A DNA stretch of 64,000 bases from Escherichia phage PC3, in sequence record ON184125; one strand, 5' to 3'. Position 1 is the first letter of the stretch; each line of letters starts with the position of its first letter. This document shows, one piece after another, positions 47,369-56,493 of this stretch. A model generated the notes under the pieces. It was not told the origin of the DNA, searched no databases, and saw only the letters and a program-made list of their open reading frames with translations. Both the position numbers and the translations under genes were made by a program.

Positions 47369-49387
47369 ATGTCAGATTTTAAGCCCTTCGCAGTAGCTGT
47401 CAACAATAACGTGCTGGCCATGTCAGCAACTGGTCTGTTCATGACCAACATCGATAAAGATGCTCTGTGGGATCTGTATCTGTCTTCTTTCCCTGCTGGC
47501 ACTAACCCGCTTTATCGTGAGCGTACCGAGCACGACTGCACCTGCTGTAAACAATTCATCCGTAACATCGGCGGTGTGGTCACCATCGACTCCGACCTGA
47601 ACGTGATCTCTATCTGGGATAACATTCAGCTGGGTAACGAATACGACGTTGTCGCTGCGGCGCTGTCAGCATATGTTAAGCAGCACGCAATCGTCGACGT
47701 GTACTTCAACGACACCAAGAAAGTTGGTGTTGAGTCGAATCACGAAATGAAAGACGGTATTGTCCGCACCTACAACCACTTCCACACCGACCTGCTGGGT
47801 AGCTATGTTCTGCGGGCAGATACCATCGCTTCTAAGAAGGGTGAAATCCGCCAGGCGATTGAAGTGTTTGAGCGCGGCCTGCGTGAACTGTCTCTGGAAT
47901 CGGCTGAAATCGTTCTTGAATTGATTGACCAGAATTCTCTGTATCGCGGTGAAGAGCACAAAGCGGCAGTGCAGGCGTTCGTGGTGAACAAGACCCTGTA
48001 CGAACAAACTGCAGAAGAGAAACGCGCTCTGTGGGCTTGGCGCACTGGCTACCGTGCAAACGGTCATACCCCTCACGGCATTCGTAATACCGTGATTGGC
48101 TCTCTGCTGGTAGACCTCAATGAAGGTCGGGATCTGGAAACCGCCGTGAAGTCCTTTGAAGCCAAAGTCGCTCCGACGAACTACAAGCGCCCAACCGCGC
48201 TGGTCACGAAGTCGATGATTGAAAACGCGCAGAAAGAAGTCGAAGCACTGGGTCTGACTGATTCACTGGGTCGCCGTTATGCCGTGTATGACGATCTGAC
48301 CATCAACAACGTTCTGTTCGCCGACCTAGCAGCTCAGAAGAAGATGGACCCGTTTGCTCAGCTGGCGTCTGAAGTGAAGACTCCGACCAAGTCCCTGGAC
48401 AAGGTTGAAGAGATCACGATCGACGACTTCCTGACCAACGTGTTGCCAAAGGCGCATTCCCTGGAAGTGCTGGTCGAAAACTCTCACATTGGCAACCTGA
48501 TGTCCCTGATCGCTCCGGCCACCGCAGGCGCTCCTAACCTGTTCAAGTGGAACAACGGCTTCAGCTGGTCGTACAATGGCGAAGTGGCCGACTCCATCAA
48601 AGAGCGCGTGAAGACCGCAGGCGGCAATGTCGACAGCTTCCTCCGTGTGTCACTGGCTTGGCATAACAACGACGACCTGGATCTGAGCCTGAACGATCCT
48701 CTTCACAACCACGTGTATTATCACAACCGTCGTTCGACAACTGGCGCAACTCTAGACATCGACATGAACGGTATGGACGGCATTGATCCAAACCGCCGTC
48801 CGGTGGAGAACATCTTCTTCAGCGATGAACGCAAGCTGCGTGATGGTCTGTACGAGTTCTATGTCACTAACTTCAGCCAGCGTGAAACCTGTGATATGGG
48901 ATTCGAAATCGAAGTTGAATACAAAGGCCAGACCAAGCGTTTTTCGCATCCTGGCCTGAAGCACAAAGATCGCACTCTGGCTGTTGTGATTGATGTCCGC
49001 GCTGGACAAGTGGTAGACATCCGTTCTACCCTGAAAGACGACGCTCGCTCTCAGGAAATCTGGGGCATCAAGACCTCCGTCTTCCAGAAGGTACAGCTGG
49101 TTCTGAACTCACCAAACCATTGGGACGGCGAGCAGACTGGCAACAAGCACGTGTTCTTCATCCTGGAAGGTTGTGTTAACCCTGTCGGCACCCGTGGTTT
49201 CTATAACGAATATCTGAAGCCGGAACTTGATAAACACCGCAAGGTTTTTGAAATGTTAGGCAGTAAGATTAAAGTACAGCCAAGCACTGAGCAGCTGTCC
49301 GGTCTGGGCTTCTCTACCACCCAACGCAACCACGTGTTCGTGAAGGTGAGCGGTTCTTTCAACCGCACTGTGAAAGTTGTGTTCTAA
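47369..49387 (+). CDS. Hypothetical protein (672 aa)
   Basis: Long ORF, Cys cluster HDCTCCKQF, no polymerase or ATPase motif recognised. Confidence 0.5.
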   Translation: MSDFKPFAVAVNNNVLAMSATGLFMTNIDKDALWDLYLSSFPAGTNPLYRERTEHDCTCCKQFIRNIGGVVTIDSDLNVISIWDNIQLGNEYDVVAAALSAYVKQHAIVDVYFNDTKKVGVESNHEMKDGIVRTYNHFHTDLLGSYVLRADTIASKKGEIRQAIEVFERGLRELSLESAEIVLELIDQNSLYRGEEHKAAVQAFVVNKTLYEQTAEEKRALWAWRTGYRANGHTPHGIRNTVIGSLLVDLNEGRDLETAVKSFEAKVAPTNYKRPTALVTKSMIENAQKEVEALGLTDSLGRRYAVYDDLTINNVLFADLAAQKKMDPFAQLASEVKTPTKSLDKVEEITIDDFLTNVLPKAHSLEVLVENSHIGNLMSLIAPATAGAPNLFKWNNGFSWSYNGEVADSIKERVKTAGGNVDSFLRVSLAWHNNDDLDLSLNDPLHNHVYYHNRRSTTGATLDIDMNGMDGIDPNRRPVENIFFSDERKLRDGLYEFYVTNFSQRETCDMGFEIEVEYKGQTKRFSHPGLKHKDRTLAVVIDVRAGQVVDIRSTLKDDARSQEIWGIKTSVFQKVQLVLNSPNHWDGEQTGNKHVFFILEGCVNPVGTRGFYNEYLKPELDKHRKVFEMLGSKIKVQPSTEQLSGLGFSTTQRNHVFVKVSGSFNRTVKVVF

Positions 49388-49431
49388 ACCTGATTTGAAA
49401 TTGTAACCCATTCATCATTGAGGATAGTAAA

Positions 49432-49803
49432 ATGTTTGATAAAGCAACCCGTATGAAACTGCGCTTCGAGTCTAACAAAGGTCTGCTGTCTGTTGAGCAG
49501 GTCTGGGACCTGAGCCTGACTGCCCTGAACGAAATGGCGAAAGGTCTGAGCCGTCAGGTGAAAGCAGCAGAAACCGATGAAGAAGATTTCATTGGCACCA
49601 AAAGCAACGTTGACTCCGAACTGCAGCTGCGCTTCGACGTTGTCAAGCACATCATCGGCGTTAAGCTGAAAGAACGTGACGACAGCAGAGAAGCGGCAGA
49701 GCGTAAGGCGAACAACCAGGTTATCCTGGAGCTGATCCAACGTAAGAAACAGCAAGAGCTGGAAAGCAAATCTGTTGAAGAACTGGAAGCACTCCTGAAA
49801 TAA
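49432..49803 (+). CDS. Hypothetical protein (123 aa, charged/helical)
   Basis: ORF followed by a hairpin terminator. Confidence 0.45.
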   Translation: MFDKATRMKLRFESNKGLLSVEQVWDLSLTALNEMAKGLSRQVKAAETDEEDFIGTKSNVDSELQLRFDVVKHIIGVKLKERDDSREAAERKANNQVILELIQRKKQQELESKSVEELEALLK

Positions 49804-49825
49804 TCTGTCTGACCTCAGCCTGAGC

Positions 49826-49854
49826 AACCCCGCCATGTGCGGGGTTTCTTTTGG
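49826..49854 (+). terminator. Rho-independent terminator
   Basis: ccccgc-catgt-gcgggg plus TTTCTTTTGG. Confidence 0.55.
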
Positions 49855-49863
49855 ACAAAGAAT

Positions 49864-50238
49864 ATGAAACCTGTCATTTGTGATTACTGCGGCCTCCCAG
49901 CCGAATTCGTCGGTGGTGATGTTCTCTACCCTCATCGCCCTGACCTCCGCAATCTGAAGTTCTGGGTGTGCACTCCATGTGATGCCCGTGTCGGTTGCCA
50001 TACCCATGGCGACGGCAGACAACCTTTGGGAAGGATGGCGAATGCCGCTCTCCGTGCTGCTAAGCAGGAAGCCCATAGATCGTTTGACCCATTGTGGAAA
50101 AGCGGAGAGAGGAGCAGGAGCGACGCTTATAGTTGGCTGGCGCATAAGCTGGGGATAAAGAAGCGTGAGTGTCATATTGGCTTGTTCGATATCGACATGT
50201 GCCGTAAAGTAGTGGAGGTCTGTAAACAAATATCATAG
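49864..50238 (+). CDS. Zinc-ribbon protein (CxxC...CxxC; DUF3268-like)
   Basis: ICDYCG and CTPCD cysteine pairs. Confidence 0.45.
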   Translation: MKPVICDYCGLPAEFVGGDVLYPHRPDLRNLKFWVCTPCDARVGCHTHGDGRQPLGRMANAALRAAKQEAHRSFDPLWKSGERSRSDAYSWLAHKLGIKKRECHIGLFDIDMCRKVVEVCKQIS

Positions 50239-50246
50239 GATAACAC

Positions 50247-51119
50247 ATGACAAATCGTACTGGCATAAAACTCACTCCTGAAGTCCTGAAGTCACATATC
50301 GCTGAGGTGATTTACGAAGACCGCGAAGTCGGCGGTCACCGGGCTATCACTTGTCATTTCAAGATGGATAACGGCTTCGTCGTTCACGGCACCAAGCCCA
50401 GCACATCCATAGACCCGGCCAACTTTGATGAAGCCCTGGGCAAAGAGATTTCCTACAATAATACCTTCGACCAGCTGTGGCAGCTCGAGGCGTACCGGGC
50501 GCTTGTTGAACAAGATCTGTTGGCCAAAGCCACGGAAACGGCAGAGATCCGGATCGATAAATACGCTGTTGAACGTAGCGCCCTCTATCCGGCCTATCAC
50601 CTCGGCTTCAATGTGATGATTCAGGACGTGATGTTCAGAGCGGAAAATGGCGAGCGCTTCTTGGCGTCTTTCGTTTGTGGGCCGGATGACATGGAACTTG
50701 TTGTTGAATCTCACAACGCCAAATCTCGTAAGGCTGTTAGTGATTTCCTGCGCGCCAACTCCAAACTCGATCTCACTTATTCGCCATTGGTTCTGCGCAT
50801 CGCCAAGATTTGTCATGAAGCCAACCGCGCATACTGTAAGTCTGTTGGTGACGACTCTCAACTGCCTTGGGAACAATCTCCGGCCTGGCAACGTGAGAGC
50901 GCTTGCAAAGGTGTTATCTTCCATCTCACTGGTGATCGTAAGCCCAGCGAATCACATGAGAGATGGATGGCGGAGAAGGAGTCTGAGGGTTGGGTGTATG
51001 GCCCAGTCAAAGACCCTCAGACCAAACAACACCCTTGCATGGTTCCGTATGGAGAACTCCCGGTACAACAACGCTCCAAAGATTATATTTTCAAATCCAT
51101 TGTAGACTCCTTTAAATAA
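50247..51119 (+). CDS. Hypothetical protein with C-terminal RyR-like domain
   Basis: LPWEQSPAWQRESACKGVIFHLTGDRKPSE...GWVYGPVKDPQTKQHPCMVPYGELP recalls the RyR domain seen in phage proteins. Confidence 0.45.
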   Translation: MTNRTGIKLTPEVLKSHIAEVIYEDREVGGHRAITCHFKMDNGFVVHGTKPSTSIDPANFDEALGKEISYNNTFDQLWQLEAYRALVEQDLLAKATETAEIRIDKYAVERSALYPAYHLGFNVMIQDVMFRAENGERFLASFVCGPDDMELVVESHNAKSRKAVSDFLRANSKLDLTYSPLVLRIAKICHEANRAYCKSVGDDSQLPWEQSPAWQRESACKGVIFHLTGDRKPSESHERWMAEKESEGWVYGPVKDPQTKQHPCMVPYGELPVQQRSKDYIFKSIVDSFK

Positions 51120-51152
51120 GCTCTGAATAATATTTCAACCTGTCAATAATAT

Positions 51153-51188
51153 AATGCCCGGTTATATTCAATCGGGCATTTTTATTAT
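51153..51188 (+). terminator. Terminator hairpin preceding the early promoter
   Basis: aatgcccg-(12-nt loop)-cgggcatt plus TTTTATTAT. Confidence 0.5.
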
Positions 51189-51193
51189 ATTAA

Positions 51194-51224
51194 TTGACAT
51201 CAATACCGCCTGTCGTAATATAAT
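51194..51224 (+). promoter_or_regulatory. Sigma70-like early promoter (TTGACA-16-TAATAT / -19-TATAAT)
   Basis: Canonical -35 TTGACA with AT-rich -10 just after a terminator hairpin; drives the vWA operon. Confidence 0.55.
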
Positions 51225-51269
51225 AGTTCCATGTTGAAATAGTTGGGAAATATAACTCACGAGAGCCTG

Positions 51270-51446
51270 ATGACCGACAACAAATTAAAACGTGCCGGAC
51301 TTGATTGTCTTGACAAATCATTCCGCCCCAGTGATGTTCTGGTCGCCCAAATGGAAAACAACCGGGATTTCATTGAAACTATGCTGGAGAACGCCGACGC
51401 GAACTCCAAACACTCCAAAGCCCAAAAAGGTCAAAACGATGATTGA
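51270..51446 (+). CDS. Small hypothetical protein (58 aa), translationally coupled to the vWA gene
   Basis: ATG downstream of the sigma70-like promoter; stop overlaps the next start (ATGATTGA). Confidence 0.35.
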   Translation: MTDNKLKRAGLDCLDKSFRPSDVLVAQMENNRDFIETMLENADANSKHSKAQKGQNDD

Positions 51447-53640
51447 ATCATTAACATTTAAGAATGCGGTTGCGACCGTCGCGCCGTCTAACCATGTAAT
51501 CGTTGTGGATATCTCCGGTTCCATGTATCGTTCACTTCCAGAAGTCCGTAAGCATCTGAAGGAGAACATGCCTTCCCTGGTGAAACCCGAAGATACTGTG
51601 AGCATCCTTTACTTTTCATCTCGCGGTGATTTCGGAACGGTATTTGCCGGGCGTCAGATCGGTGCCGCATCTGACCTGAGCGAGCTGAACAAACTGATCG
51701 ATCGCTTCCTGCAACCGTCCGGATGTACTGGCTTTGTTGAGCCGTTGAAACTGGCAATGGACACTGCTCGTGGCCTGAAGAAGCCTGGCTATGTCAACAA
51801 CCTGGCGTTCATGACTGACGGGTATGACAACTGCTGGCGTACCAACGAAATTCTACTGGTTGCTGAGACCCTGCCATTTGCTTTCGATAACATTACATTT
51901 ATCGAATATGGCTGGTACTGTAACCGCGAACTGCTGGCGCAGATGGCCGAACGCTCTGGTGCTACTCACGTGTTTGCCGAAGGTCAGACCGAATACCAGA
52001 CCGAGCTGGAAAACGTGCTGAAGTCATCAGTGCCGAAGGTGGTTGTTGATGTGCCTCTGCTATACACCCACGCCATCTATGTTGAAAACGGCGTAGCAAC
52101 TGTTCTGGCGGTACAGCCGGATGAAGACCATCCTATCGGCCACGTGAGCATCCCTGAGAGCGTCGCCAAGCTGTGGGTTGTAAACCCTAACATGATCGAC
52201 CAGCTTGATGCGCTGGCGGATATCCAGGCGGCATACGTGCTGGCGTTCTACGGCGTACACATTATGGACGCGGACCTGGTGTGGGCTGCACTGAAGAAAA
52301 CGGGTGACGTTCGCTTCATCAAACAGTACAGCAACTGCTTCACCAAGCAGGACTACTCCAACATCAAAGTTGATCTGACCCAGGCCATCGTTGATGACCA
52401 GCTGCGCGGCGTTGACGGTATTGACTATGACCTGGTTCCGGCTGAAGATGCGACGACCGTCGTTGACGTGCTGACGTATCTGGCTGAAGCTGGCGTGTGT
52501 GTTGCTACCAAACATCCTATGTTCTCCTACAAGAGCATCGGGCGCGGTACTGTGCAGAAAACCGACGACACCGAAGACAAGCTGGCAGAACAGATCGCGA
52601 ATGCTCAGTCCAAAGAAGAGCGTAAAGCCCTGGCTCTCAAGCTGGCAGAGCACGAAGAGTGGAACCCGACGTTCGAACCTACCAACGACCTGGGTGTTGT
52701 GCCAATCAGCGATTTGGTCTATAACTCCGAGCGCCCGAACATCAGTGTGCGTACAATTCAACACGGTACTGTGGCTGTGCCTGAATTCGCACAGAAGAAG
52801 TTTGGCCTGCCTGAAGAACTGGATACTTTCCAGTGGCGCAACTACACCATCGTCAAAGACGGTATCATTAACGTGAAGACTCTGCCGTTCAAGGCTGATA
52901 TCGAAGTTGTACAGAAGCTGATCGAAATGGGTGTCCACGTGTTTGGTGGTCCGGAAGTGTTTGTCCTGAACCTGGAAAGCGTACCGCTGGTCAACCGCGC
53001 CATGGTCAAAAACATCAGTGCTGCTCAGTTCTTTGCGGATAATGTCCGTCTGGAAGCCCTGAAAGGCAAGCAGAAGGTGCTGAAGTTCTATCGAGACGCC
53101 CTGGTTGGTAAGGGTAACGCCAAAGGCCTGGCAGTACAGTACGGCGCTGAGGCGGCCGAGTTCCTGTCCTCCTACGGTATCCGCGATTACGGCTTCTCAC
53201 CGAAGACTGAGACCAAAGAGTCTACCGACTTCTACATGAGCCGTGAGCTGAACGTTAAGATCGCCGGGGCGTCTTCACTACCGAGCATCGCGGCAGTACA
53301 GAAGAAGATTGCCGAGAACAAGAAACTCAATGCTGGTGACTTGTTCATCGCTAATGCGCTGAAGGAGTACGAAGCATTCGTGAAGTCTCCTATGATCACT
53401 GCCGTGCCTGAATCCTTACAGAAATATCTGATCGAAAACTGGATCGACGCTGCTGCCAAGGCGGCCATCACCGAAGTCCGCGCCCTGAACAAGACACTGT
53501 CTAAAGTGGTTTATGGTATCGTTGCTGGTCATGGCTGGTTCACCGACCTCGACCTGGAAGAGTCCACCATGGAAGTTGAAGTGGATGGCGTGAAGTACAA
53601 GGTCACTGCCGAACTGACAGAGAAAGAAATCAAAATCTAA
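51439..53640 (+). CDS. von Willebrand factor A (vWA) domain protein (733 aa)
   Basis: MIDAS motif VVVDISGSM near the N-terminus; long C-terminal extension of unknown function. Confidence 0.65.
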   Translation: MIESLTFKNAVATVAPSNHVIVVDISGSMYRSLPEVRKHLKENMPSLVKPEDTVSILYFSSRGDFGTVFAGRQIGAASDLSELNKLIDRFLQPSGCTGFVEPLKLAMDTARGLKKPGYVNNLAFMTDGYDNCWRTNEILLVAETLPFAFDNITFIEYGWYCNRELLAQMAERSGATHVFAEGQTEYQTELENVLKSSVPKVVVDVPLLYTHAIYVENGVATVLAVQPDEDHPIGHVSIPESVAKLWVVNPNMIDQLDALADIQAAYVLAFYGVHIMDADLVWAALKKTGDVRFIKQYSNCFTKQDYSNIKVDLTQAIVDDQLRGVDGIDYDLVPAEDATTVVDVLTYLAEAGVCVATKHPMFSYKSIGRGTVQKTDDTEDKLAEQIANAQSKEERKALALKLAEHEEWNPTFEPTNDLGVVPISDLVYNSERPNISVRTIQHGTVAVPEFAQKKFGLPEELDTFQWRNYTIVKDGIINVKTLPFKADIEVVQKLIEMGVHVFGGPEVFVLNLESVPLVNRAMVKNISAAQFFADNVRLEALKGKQKVLKFYRDALVGKGNAKGLAVQYGAEAAEFLSSYGIRDYGFSPKTETKESTDFYMSRELNVKIAGASSLPSIAAVQKKIAENKKLNAGDLFIANALKEYEAFVKSPMITAVPESLQKYLIENWIDAAAKAAITEVRALNKTLSKVVYGIVAGHGWFTDLDLEESTMEVEVDGVKYKVTAELTEKEIKI

Positions 53641-53645
53641 TCCAA

Positions 53646-53670
53646 CGGGCGGGGCAACCCGCCTTTCTTT
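53646..53670 (+). terminator. Rho-independent terminator after the vWA gene
   Basis: ggcggg-gcaa-cccgcc plus TTTCTTT. Confidence 0.55.
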
Positions 53671-53681
53671 GGAGTAATAAC

Positions 53682-54005
53682 ATGAGCAGTAAACCAACAT
53701 ATGTTGAAGTCATGCGTCATCTGGCTCAGTACGCCACTGACAATCTGAATATGGATCTGTGGCGTGACGATGACAAGCGCAAATTGCTGGACGACGTGGC
53801 ATCTCAGAACGAGGACGCCCTGGACAAGCTGGCTGGTCTCCGTACCAAGAAAGACCTCGGCGGTGACGAACTGGATGCCATCGAAATCGTAATGGAACTA
53901 GAAGAAGAGTTTCAGGTCGAAATCGACGACGGGTGGCTAGGTAGTAAAGGCGATGACCCGACCATGGGTGAACTCGCTGAACTCGTGGTTGCCCTGCGCA
54001 AATAA
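53682..54005 (+). CDS. Acyl-carrier-protein-like protein, conserved Ser replaced by Glu
   Basis: KDLGGDELDAIEIVMELEEEFQVEI aligns with the ACP core [24 protein letters not shown]; Glu occupies the phosphopantetheine site. Confidence 0.6.
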   Translation: MSSKPTYVEVMRHLAQYATDNLNMDLWRDDDKRKLLDDVASQNEDALDKLAGLRTKKDLGGDELDAIEIVMELEEEFQVEIDDGWLGSKGDDPTMGELAELVVALRK

Positions 54006-54010
54006 CAGAA

Positions 54011-54042
54011 GTCCCCAACAAACGTTGGGGATTTTTACTTTT
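54011..54042 (+). terminator. Rho-independent terminator after the ACP-like gene
   Basis: tccccaac-aaac-gttgggga plus TTTTTACTTTT. Confidence 0.6.
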
Positions 54043-54046
54043 AGGG

Positions 54047-54076
54047 GTTTACTTCCTCTAAGGAATGTCCTATTAT
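54047..54076 (+). promoter_or_regulatory. Sigma70-like promoter (GTTTAC-18-TATTAT)
   Basis: Upstream of the 54128 gene, after a terminator. Confidence 0.4.
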
Positions 54077-54127
54077 TCAATAACTGGCGAACGATGGGTT
54101 CACCGGGTTGAAAGGTAAGATTATATC

Positions 54128-54367
54128 ATGAAGAACAAAATGGTCGAAACTTCAGTAGAGATTGATCGCAATTGGGGATTGCTCCGCGCTAAAGGGTTCC
54201 GTCGTGTGTATGCGACCAAAGAAGTCTACGCACAGCGCCGTGACGTTATCATCAGCAAGAAAGGCAAAGAGTGGGTTGCTGAAGAAGTTGATGTCGAGAC
54301 AGGCATCGTAGGAAAGGTAAAGGCCAAGGCCGTGATCCTCTTCGCTCTTCTGAAGCACATCAGTTAA
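54128..54367 (+). CDS. Hypothetical protein (79 aa)
   Basis: ORF downstream of a GTTTAC-18-TATTAT promoter-like element. Confidence 0.4.
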   Translation: MKNKMVETSVEIDRNWGLLRAKGFRRVYATKEVYAQRRDVIISKKGKEWVAEEVDVETGIVGKVKAKAVILFALLKHIS

Positions 54368-54426
54368 TTCTATAACTTTGGGCGGGGTATGATTACCCCG
54401 TCTATTTGAAACCAAGAGACTATATC

Positions 54427-54801
54427 ATGAAAAAGTTAATCCTCGCTGTTGCCCTGCTGGGCGCTTCCTTTGCTGCTGTTTCCGCCCCTCCTGTCATCAC
54501 CGGAGTGTCTACCAACGGTGTTTATGCTTTCAAGGCGTATGGCCAAGACCTCGTTCTGTATAAGAACGGGAAGATGATTGAGCGCTGCGTATCAGACGAC
54601 GTGAATCGTGGGATCGACAATCAGGGTAGCCCATACGTCCTGGACATCTATTCCTGCTCCAACGGGACGAAGTCCTTTGGCGTCAAGACCTTTGGCAACG
54701 TCGCCGACGGTGGCTGGGGCTTCATGTTCGAAACCCGCAACCACCACCCGGTCAAGACCATGCAAGAAGAGTTCTTGATCTCTGTCGGGGGTACGTTATG
54801 A
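54427..54801 (+). CDS. Predicted exported protein (signal peptide)
   Basis: MKKLILAVALLGASFAAVSA leader. Confidence 0.5.
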   Translation: MKKLILAVALLGASFAAVSAPPVITGVSTNGVYAFKAYGQDLVLYKNGKMIERCVSDDVNRGIDNQGSPYVLDIYSCSNGTKSFGVKTFGNVADGGWGFMFETRNHHPVKTMQEEFLISVGGTL

Positions 54802-55085
54802 CACCATCAGAGAGAAGTTCTATCAAGGAGATGATCAGAGACAAGGCGTGTGTTGGTCATACTCAGTCAGAGAACATCTTGCGCCTGATGGTAATAAAGA
54901 ACGATATCGACAACAGCCGATTCCAAACAGCGTTGTATGGCATGCTGGAGTTTATATCGCGGTCATCTGATCTTGGCACGGTCCGATATCTTGACGATCT
55001 TACCAAGCTGCTGAACACGGGCGGGGAAACTTTCGACACCGCTCGTATCCTGATTGACGGTAGACCTGAAGAAGACGAGGTATAA
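54798..55085 (+). CDS. Hypothetical protein (95 aa)
   Basis: ORF overlapping neighbours by 4 nt. Confidence 0.4.
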   Translation: MTPSERSSIKEMIRDKACVGHTQSENILRLMVIKNDIDNSRFQTALYGMLEFISRSSDLGTVRYLDDLTKLLNTGGETFDTARILIDGRPEEDEV

Positions 55086-55245
55086 TTTGGATAAAGAATT
55101 GGTTTGGGAAATTGTGAAGGGTGTCCTAGTAATAATCGCGGTGGTTTTCATCTTGGGTGGGAACTTCTTCTATTGGTTATTCCGATCCGACCAGAAACGT
55201 CGCGAACGCAAGGAGAAAGAGAGAAAGGATCGATGGATGCGCTAA
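55054..55245 (+). CDS. Small membrane protein (start uncertain)
   Basis: Hydrophobic helix VLVIIAVVFILGG then basic tail; start may be downstream. Confidence 0.3.
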   Translation: MTVDLKKTRYNLDKELVWEIVKGVLVIIAVVFILGGNFFYWLFRSDQKRRERKEKERKDRWMR

Positions 55246-55277
55246 CTAAGGGATAACCCTATATCCCGAGGTGTGTC

Positions 55278-55727
55278 ATGTTCCTTACATCCTTTATTGA
55301 CTGGTTGAACATCATTAACGGCCTGAGGATCCCTGTTGGGAACCTCGGGCTTTCGCGTTCTTCTATGCCACAAATCGATGCCGACAAACAAGAAGATTTT
55401 CACAAATATCTTGAAGACAACGGCGTGTCCATAGATGCTGTACAAGTGCCCATCAAAATGCTTCGTCTCACCCAGAACGAAATCAACAAGATGAAGGTCT
55501 GGAAGATCATGAAGAACATCAGAAATAAGAAACCTATGGGTCGAGTTTGGGTGTCTTCTGACAATTACGTTGTTGACGGTTCTCACCGATTTGTCGCTGC
55601 GTTGAACATGGACGGCAAACAGCGCATGAAGGTCTACAAAGTTGATTTGCCAGCGATGGAATTTGTTAAACTCGCTAAACAGTTTCAGGGTGTGCGATAC
55701 AGAACGGTCAGCGATACTCGTTTCTGA
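55278..55727 (+). CDS. ParB/sulfiredoxin-like nuclease-domain protein
   Basis: NYVVDGSHRFVAALNMDG resembles the ParB N-terminal DGHHR core. Confidence 0.5.
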   Translation: MFLTSFIDWLNIINGLRIPVGNLGLSRSSMPQIDADKQEDFHKYLEDNGVSIDAVQVPIKMLRLTQNEINKMKVWKIMKNIRNKKPMGRVWVSSDNYVVDGSHRFVAALNMDGKQRMKVYKVDLPAMEFVKLAKQFQGVRYRTVSDTRF

Positions 55728-55806
55728 ATACGATAGTTTATTGAATCCCTTTACTCATCATGGTGAGCCGCCTATCATTTCATCCAATGAAATAAGGAGA
55801 ATCACC

Positions 55807-56493
55807 ATGAAACGTTTAATCCTCGGGGTTGTGCTGGCTGGTCTGGCATTACCCGCCGCTACCAAGCTGAATTCCACAGGTGATAAACTGTGGTCTGACC
55901 TTTCCTATTGTGCTGGGTTCTCCCAGGCGGTTGCCATCGACAAGTCTGGTTCCATAGAGAACTTCGCTGAACTCTGGAACACAGGCAACGTCTCCACTGC
56001 TGTCATCAATGCCGGAATTGAGTTCAACCGTTACAAACAGGGAGCCTATAACCTCAAAGGCTACCTCAATGACGACGAATTTAACCGTGGAGGCATGGAG
56101 GCTGGCGATTTGATCATGACTGGGCGTATGGGCACCCAAGGCCGAATGACCGTAAGACAGTGCCGTTCGCTCCCTTCTCCGGCATTACAGAAGGGTGTGC
56201 AGGTTGGTCGCCGCCACCTGAACCTTATCAACGATGGCAACCAGTGCATCAAAGTATTCGAATACAGCGCTACGCAGACCTCTGATCGCGTCCTGAAGAA
56301 GGAATGGCGCACCCGCGCTCTTGGTCTCAGAGCCTGGCTGGTTGAGAACGATTATTACTTTGAAGACAGGGTTCAGAACGGTCTGAAAGACCTGGCCACG
56401 AATCTGAGCGTGAACCTTGATGATCCCCGCATGTCGCGCGAACTCCAGCAGACTCGTGTTGACTGCGACAATATGATGAAGGAGAACGAGTGA
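55807..56493 (+). CDS. Predicted exported protein (228 aa)
   Basis: MKRLILGVVLAGLALPAA leader; aaggaga SD. Confidence 0.5.
   Translation: MKRLILGVVLAGLALPAATKLNSTGDKLWSDLSYCAGFSQAVAIDKSGSIENFAELWNTGNVSTAVINAGIEFNRYKQGAYNLKGYLNDDEFNRGGMEAGDLIMTGRMGTQGRMTVRQCRSLPSPALQKGVQVGRRHLNLINDGNQCIKVFEYSATQTSDRVLKKEWRTRALGLRAWLVENDYYFEDRVQNGLKDLATNLSVNLDDPRMSRELQQTRVDCDNMMKENE

Noticed and set aside
45093-49387. DNA polymerase gp43 expected after regA
   Set aside because: None of the three large ORFs has polymerase B motifs (DxxSLYPS, YGDTDS); the polymerase must lie outside this window.
47369-49387. rIIA-like assignment for the 672-aa protein
   Set aside because: No GHKL-ATPase glycine-rich motifs as in T4 rIIA; size similarity alone is insufficient.
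49384-50924. Minus-strand ORFs 49384..50229 and 50292..50924
   Set aside because: Antisense to three + strand genes with SDs and terminators; no independent signals.
52060-52938. 292-aa minus-strand ORF
   Set aside because: Inside the vWA gene on the opposite strand; shadow ORF.
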